DNA of 64,000 bases from an uncultured Gemmatimonadales bacterium (GTDB taxonomy: Bacteria > Gemmatimonadota > Gemmatimonadetes > Gemmatimonadales > GWC2-71-9), in assembly GCA_963846545.1 (NCBI GenBank), contig CAWJWG010000001.1, positions 2,890,055-2,954,054 on the forward strand, in the 5' to 3' direction. This document shows positions 62,662 through 64,000 of this stretch, piece by piece. Within the stretch, counting starts at the first letter, position 1. Each line of letters starts with the position of its first letter. The position numbers and the translations under genes are program-made. The notes below the pieces were generated by a model that ran no database searches, was not told the DNA's origin, and saw nothing but the letters and a program-made list of their open reading frames with translations.

Positions 62662-63222
62662 TCAGGCATGTGGGATCTCTCCGCCCGCGCGCGCGATCGA
62701 GGCGGCGGTCCCGCCTCGCACCAGCTCCACCAGTCGCATCACGCCGGCCATCGCGTCCATCGCGCGCATCGCATTGGTCCGCCGCCCGGCCCAGACGTTG
62801 AGGATGTAGCCCCAGCCCGCGCCGTACCCCTTCCGGGCCCGCGCGGCGCCCTTCCCCCAGTTCTCCCACTTGCTCGCGGTCAGCTCGAGCCGCGTGCCAC
62901 CTGCCTCCGGGATGAACCGCACCTCCACGTCCTGCGCGCTGGACGCATCGCGCGCGGGATGGAAGGTGAACTTGATCCGCGCGGGCGGATCCCACTCGAG
63001 GACGGTGCCCCACTGAAAGCGCCGGCCGTCCGCGTGCTCCTCGTAGATCCGCCCGCCCACGCGCTGCTCGAACACCAGCCGCGCCACCTGCTTGCCGCCG
63101 ATCGAGTGGGTGCGCCAGGGCCACCACGACGAGAACTCCCCGGCGAAGCGCCGGAAGGCCGCCTCCTGTCCCCACGACACCAGCGCGCTCCGGACGATGG
63201 GCGACAGCACGGTCTCGGTCAT
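62662..63222 (-). CDS. SRPBCC/AHSA1-domain protein
   Basis: ORF 62662..63285 trimmed to ATG 63220-63222 (ATGA overlap with the ArsR stop). This is the classic ArsR-SRPBCC operon arrangement. Confidence 0.75.
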   Translation of the reverse strand: MTETVLSPIVRSALVSWGQEAAFRRFAGEFSSWWPWRTHSIGGKQVARLVFEQRVGGRIYEEHADGRRFQWGTVLEWDPPARIKFTFHPARDASSAQDVEVRFIPEAGGTRLELTASKWENWGKGAARARKGYGAGWGYILNVWAGRRTNAMRAMDAMAGVMRLVELVRGGTAASIARAGGEIPHA

Positions 63223-63536
63223 CGGGATCCTCGCTTGGGCGGCGCGGGGTCGTCCGCGGCATAGGCGGTCAGCACATCGTCCCACAGGGATTCCAGGTAG
63301 CGGCGCAGCTCGACCAGCCCCTCGGCGGTGGCGCGGTAGTGCCGCCGGGCGCCGTCCCGCCGGTCGGTCACCAGCCGCGCGTCGCGCAGCACCCGGAGGT
63401 GCTGGGACACGGCGGGCTGGGTGACCCGGGCGAAGCGGGCGAGCTCTCCCACGGTGTGCGACCGGCGGCGGAGCCGCTCGTAGAGCCGGCGGCGCGTGGG
63501 ATCGGCCAGGGCGGTGAGCGCAGAGTGATAAGCCAT
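63219..63536 (-). CDS. ArsR/SmtB-family transcriptional regulator
   Basis: ORF track, 105 aa. LADPTRRRLYERLRRRSHTVGELARFARVTQPAVSQHLRVLRDARLV. Confidence 0.9.
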   Translation of the reverse strand: MAYHSALTALADPTRRRLYERLRRRSHTVGELARFARVTQPAVSQHLRVLRDARLVTDRRDGARRHYRATAEGLVELRRYLESLWDDVLTAYAADDPAPPKRGSR

Positions 63537-63550
63537 TACTTATATAAGTA
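63537..63550. promoter_or_regulatory. 14-bp perfect AT-rich palindrome abutting the ArsR start codon (candidate operator)
   Basis: TACTTATATAAGTA read directly, immediately 5' of the ArsR ATG (63534-63536 on the minus strand). It lies in the divergent region shared with the Lys-rich protein gene, and TTGTCA follows at 63566-63571. Confidence 0.45.
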
Positions 63551-63619
63551 GCTGCTTATTTTCTTTTGTCAAGAAGGCGGGGGTATCTTGGAAGTCCACC
63601 CCGGACGAGGAGCCTGGCG

Positions 63620-63829
63620 ATGGCGAGCATCAGGAAGTCGGCGAAGAAGGCGAAGGCCTCCGCCAAGCGGGCGGGCGGCAAAGCGAAGACACTGGCGTCG
63701 AAGGTGGCGCGGAAGGTGACGAAGAAGAAGCGCGCGTCGAAGGGCAGGAAGGTCGCGGCGGCCGTGGCCGGTCTCGCCGCTGCCGCGCTCGGCGCCGCCG
63801 TGGCACGGCGGCGGAAGAAGTCACGCTAG
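63620..63829 (+). CDS. Small Lys/Ala-rich basic protein with C-terminal hydrophobic segment (histone-H1-like composition)
   Basis: ORF 63566..63829 trimmed to ATG 63620, preceded by GAGGAG. MASIRKSAKKAKASAKRAGGKAKTLASKVARKVTKKKRASKGRKVAAAVAGLAAAALGAAVARRRKKSR. Confidence 0.5.
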   Translation: MASIRKSAKKAKASAKRAGGKAKTLASKVARKVTKKKRASKGRKVAAAVAGLAAAALGAAVARRRKKSR

Positions 63830-63845
63830 ACTGGATCCCGCGAGT

Positions 63846-63867
63846 GGCGCGCCGGTGCCGGCGCGCC
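63846..63867. terminator. GC-rich palindrome between convergent genes (bidirectional terminator candidate)
   Basis: GGCGCGCCGG-TG-CCGGCGCGCC, lying between the stop at 63829 (+) and the thiC stop at 63876 (-). Confidence 0.45.
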
Positions 63868-63875
63868 GCTTCGGG

Positions 63876-64000
63876 TCAGGACGCCCCGGTTCCGCCGTCC
63901 CCCGTCGACGCCGCCGGCACGTAGAGCGCTCCACCCCCCTCTCGAAATTCCGCCGACTTCGCCGCCATCCCCGCCGCTGCCTCGCGCAGGTCGTGCGAGA
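63876..64000 (-). CDS. thiC: Phosphomethylpyrimidine synthase ThiC, C-terminal 41 codons (partial, runs off the right edge)
   Basis: My reverse translation is ...SHDLREAAAGMAAKSAEFREGGGALYVPAASTGDGGTGAS*. GMA..S.EFR..GG.(I/L)Y matches the ThiC C-terminus as I remember it from E. coli (GMADMSENFRARGGEIYL). Confidence 0.5.
   Translation of the reverse strand, partial: SHDLREAAAGMAAKSAEFREGGGALYVPAASTGDGGTGAS

Noticed and set aside
1-64000. Genomic island, prophage or mobile element
   Set aside because: I recognised no integrase, transposase, phage structural gene or flanking tRNA. I saw no large compositional shift either. The only AT-richer patches are short intergenic regions and the heptamer arrays.

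Overview
Very GC-rich bacterial chromosomal segment, with third codon positions almost always G/C. I support about 65 protein-coding genes, mostly on the minus strand and often joined by 1-11 nt stop/start overlaps. I found no rRNA, tRNA, CRISPR array, transposase, integrase or prophage genes. The gene content (PadR plus ADOP-type duplicated FtsX permease, a TIGR02587/TIGR02588-like pair, many lipoproteins) suggests a Gemmatimonadota- or Acidobacteriota-like soil organism, but that is only a guess. Recognisable content: a partial AAA+ ATPase, arginase, an alkyltransferase-like (Atl) protein, a dynamin-like GTPase, and a cobalamin riboswitch with a BtuB-like TonB receptor. There is also an M48 peptidase, an O-antigen-ligase-like protein, sseA, qor, an ergothioneine cluster (egtB-egtD-egtA) beside a flavoprotein disulfide reductase, and cimA. 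Further along are a frameshifted sufE coupled to rho, serC-serA-DUF1015, an osmoprotectant ABC transporter, a decayed Ku with a stand-alone LigD polymerase domain, and a GAF/sigma-54 activator. The right third holds a PadR/ADOP permease operon, outer-membrane proteins, a catalytically dead M1-peptidase homologue, a ParB/Srx-domain protein, gltS, an ArsR-SRPBCC operon and the 3' end of thiC. The most unusual signal is not a gene. Three intergenic loci (1287-1377, 32589-32688, 58962-59120) carry inverted arrays of a tandem heptamer, (GAGCTRT)n ... (AYAGCTC)n. Each array starts in the stop codon of the upstream gene and ends 23-27 nt before the next start codon. They form long hairpins and place stop codons in all six frames, and I cannot assign them to any repeat family I know. 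All calls come from reading the ORF track and the sequence by eye. No database search was run, so family names are recognition-based and start codons are often uncertain. Most long ORFs in the track are antisense or shadow ORFs typical of high-GC DNA and were rejected.
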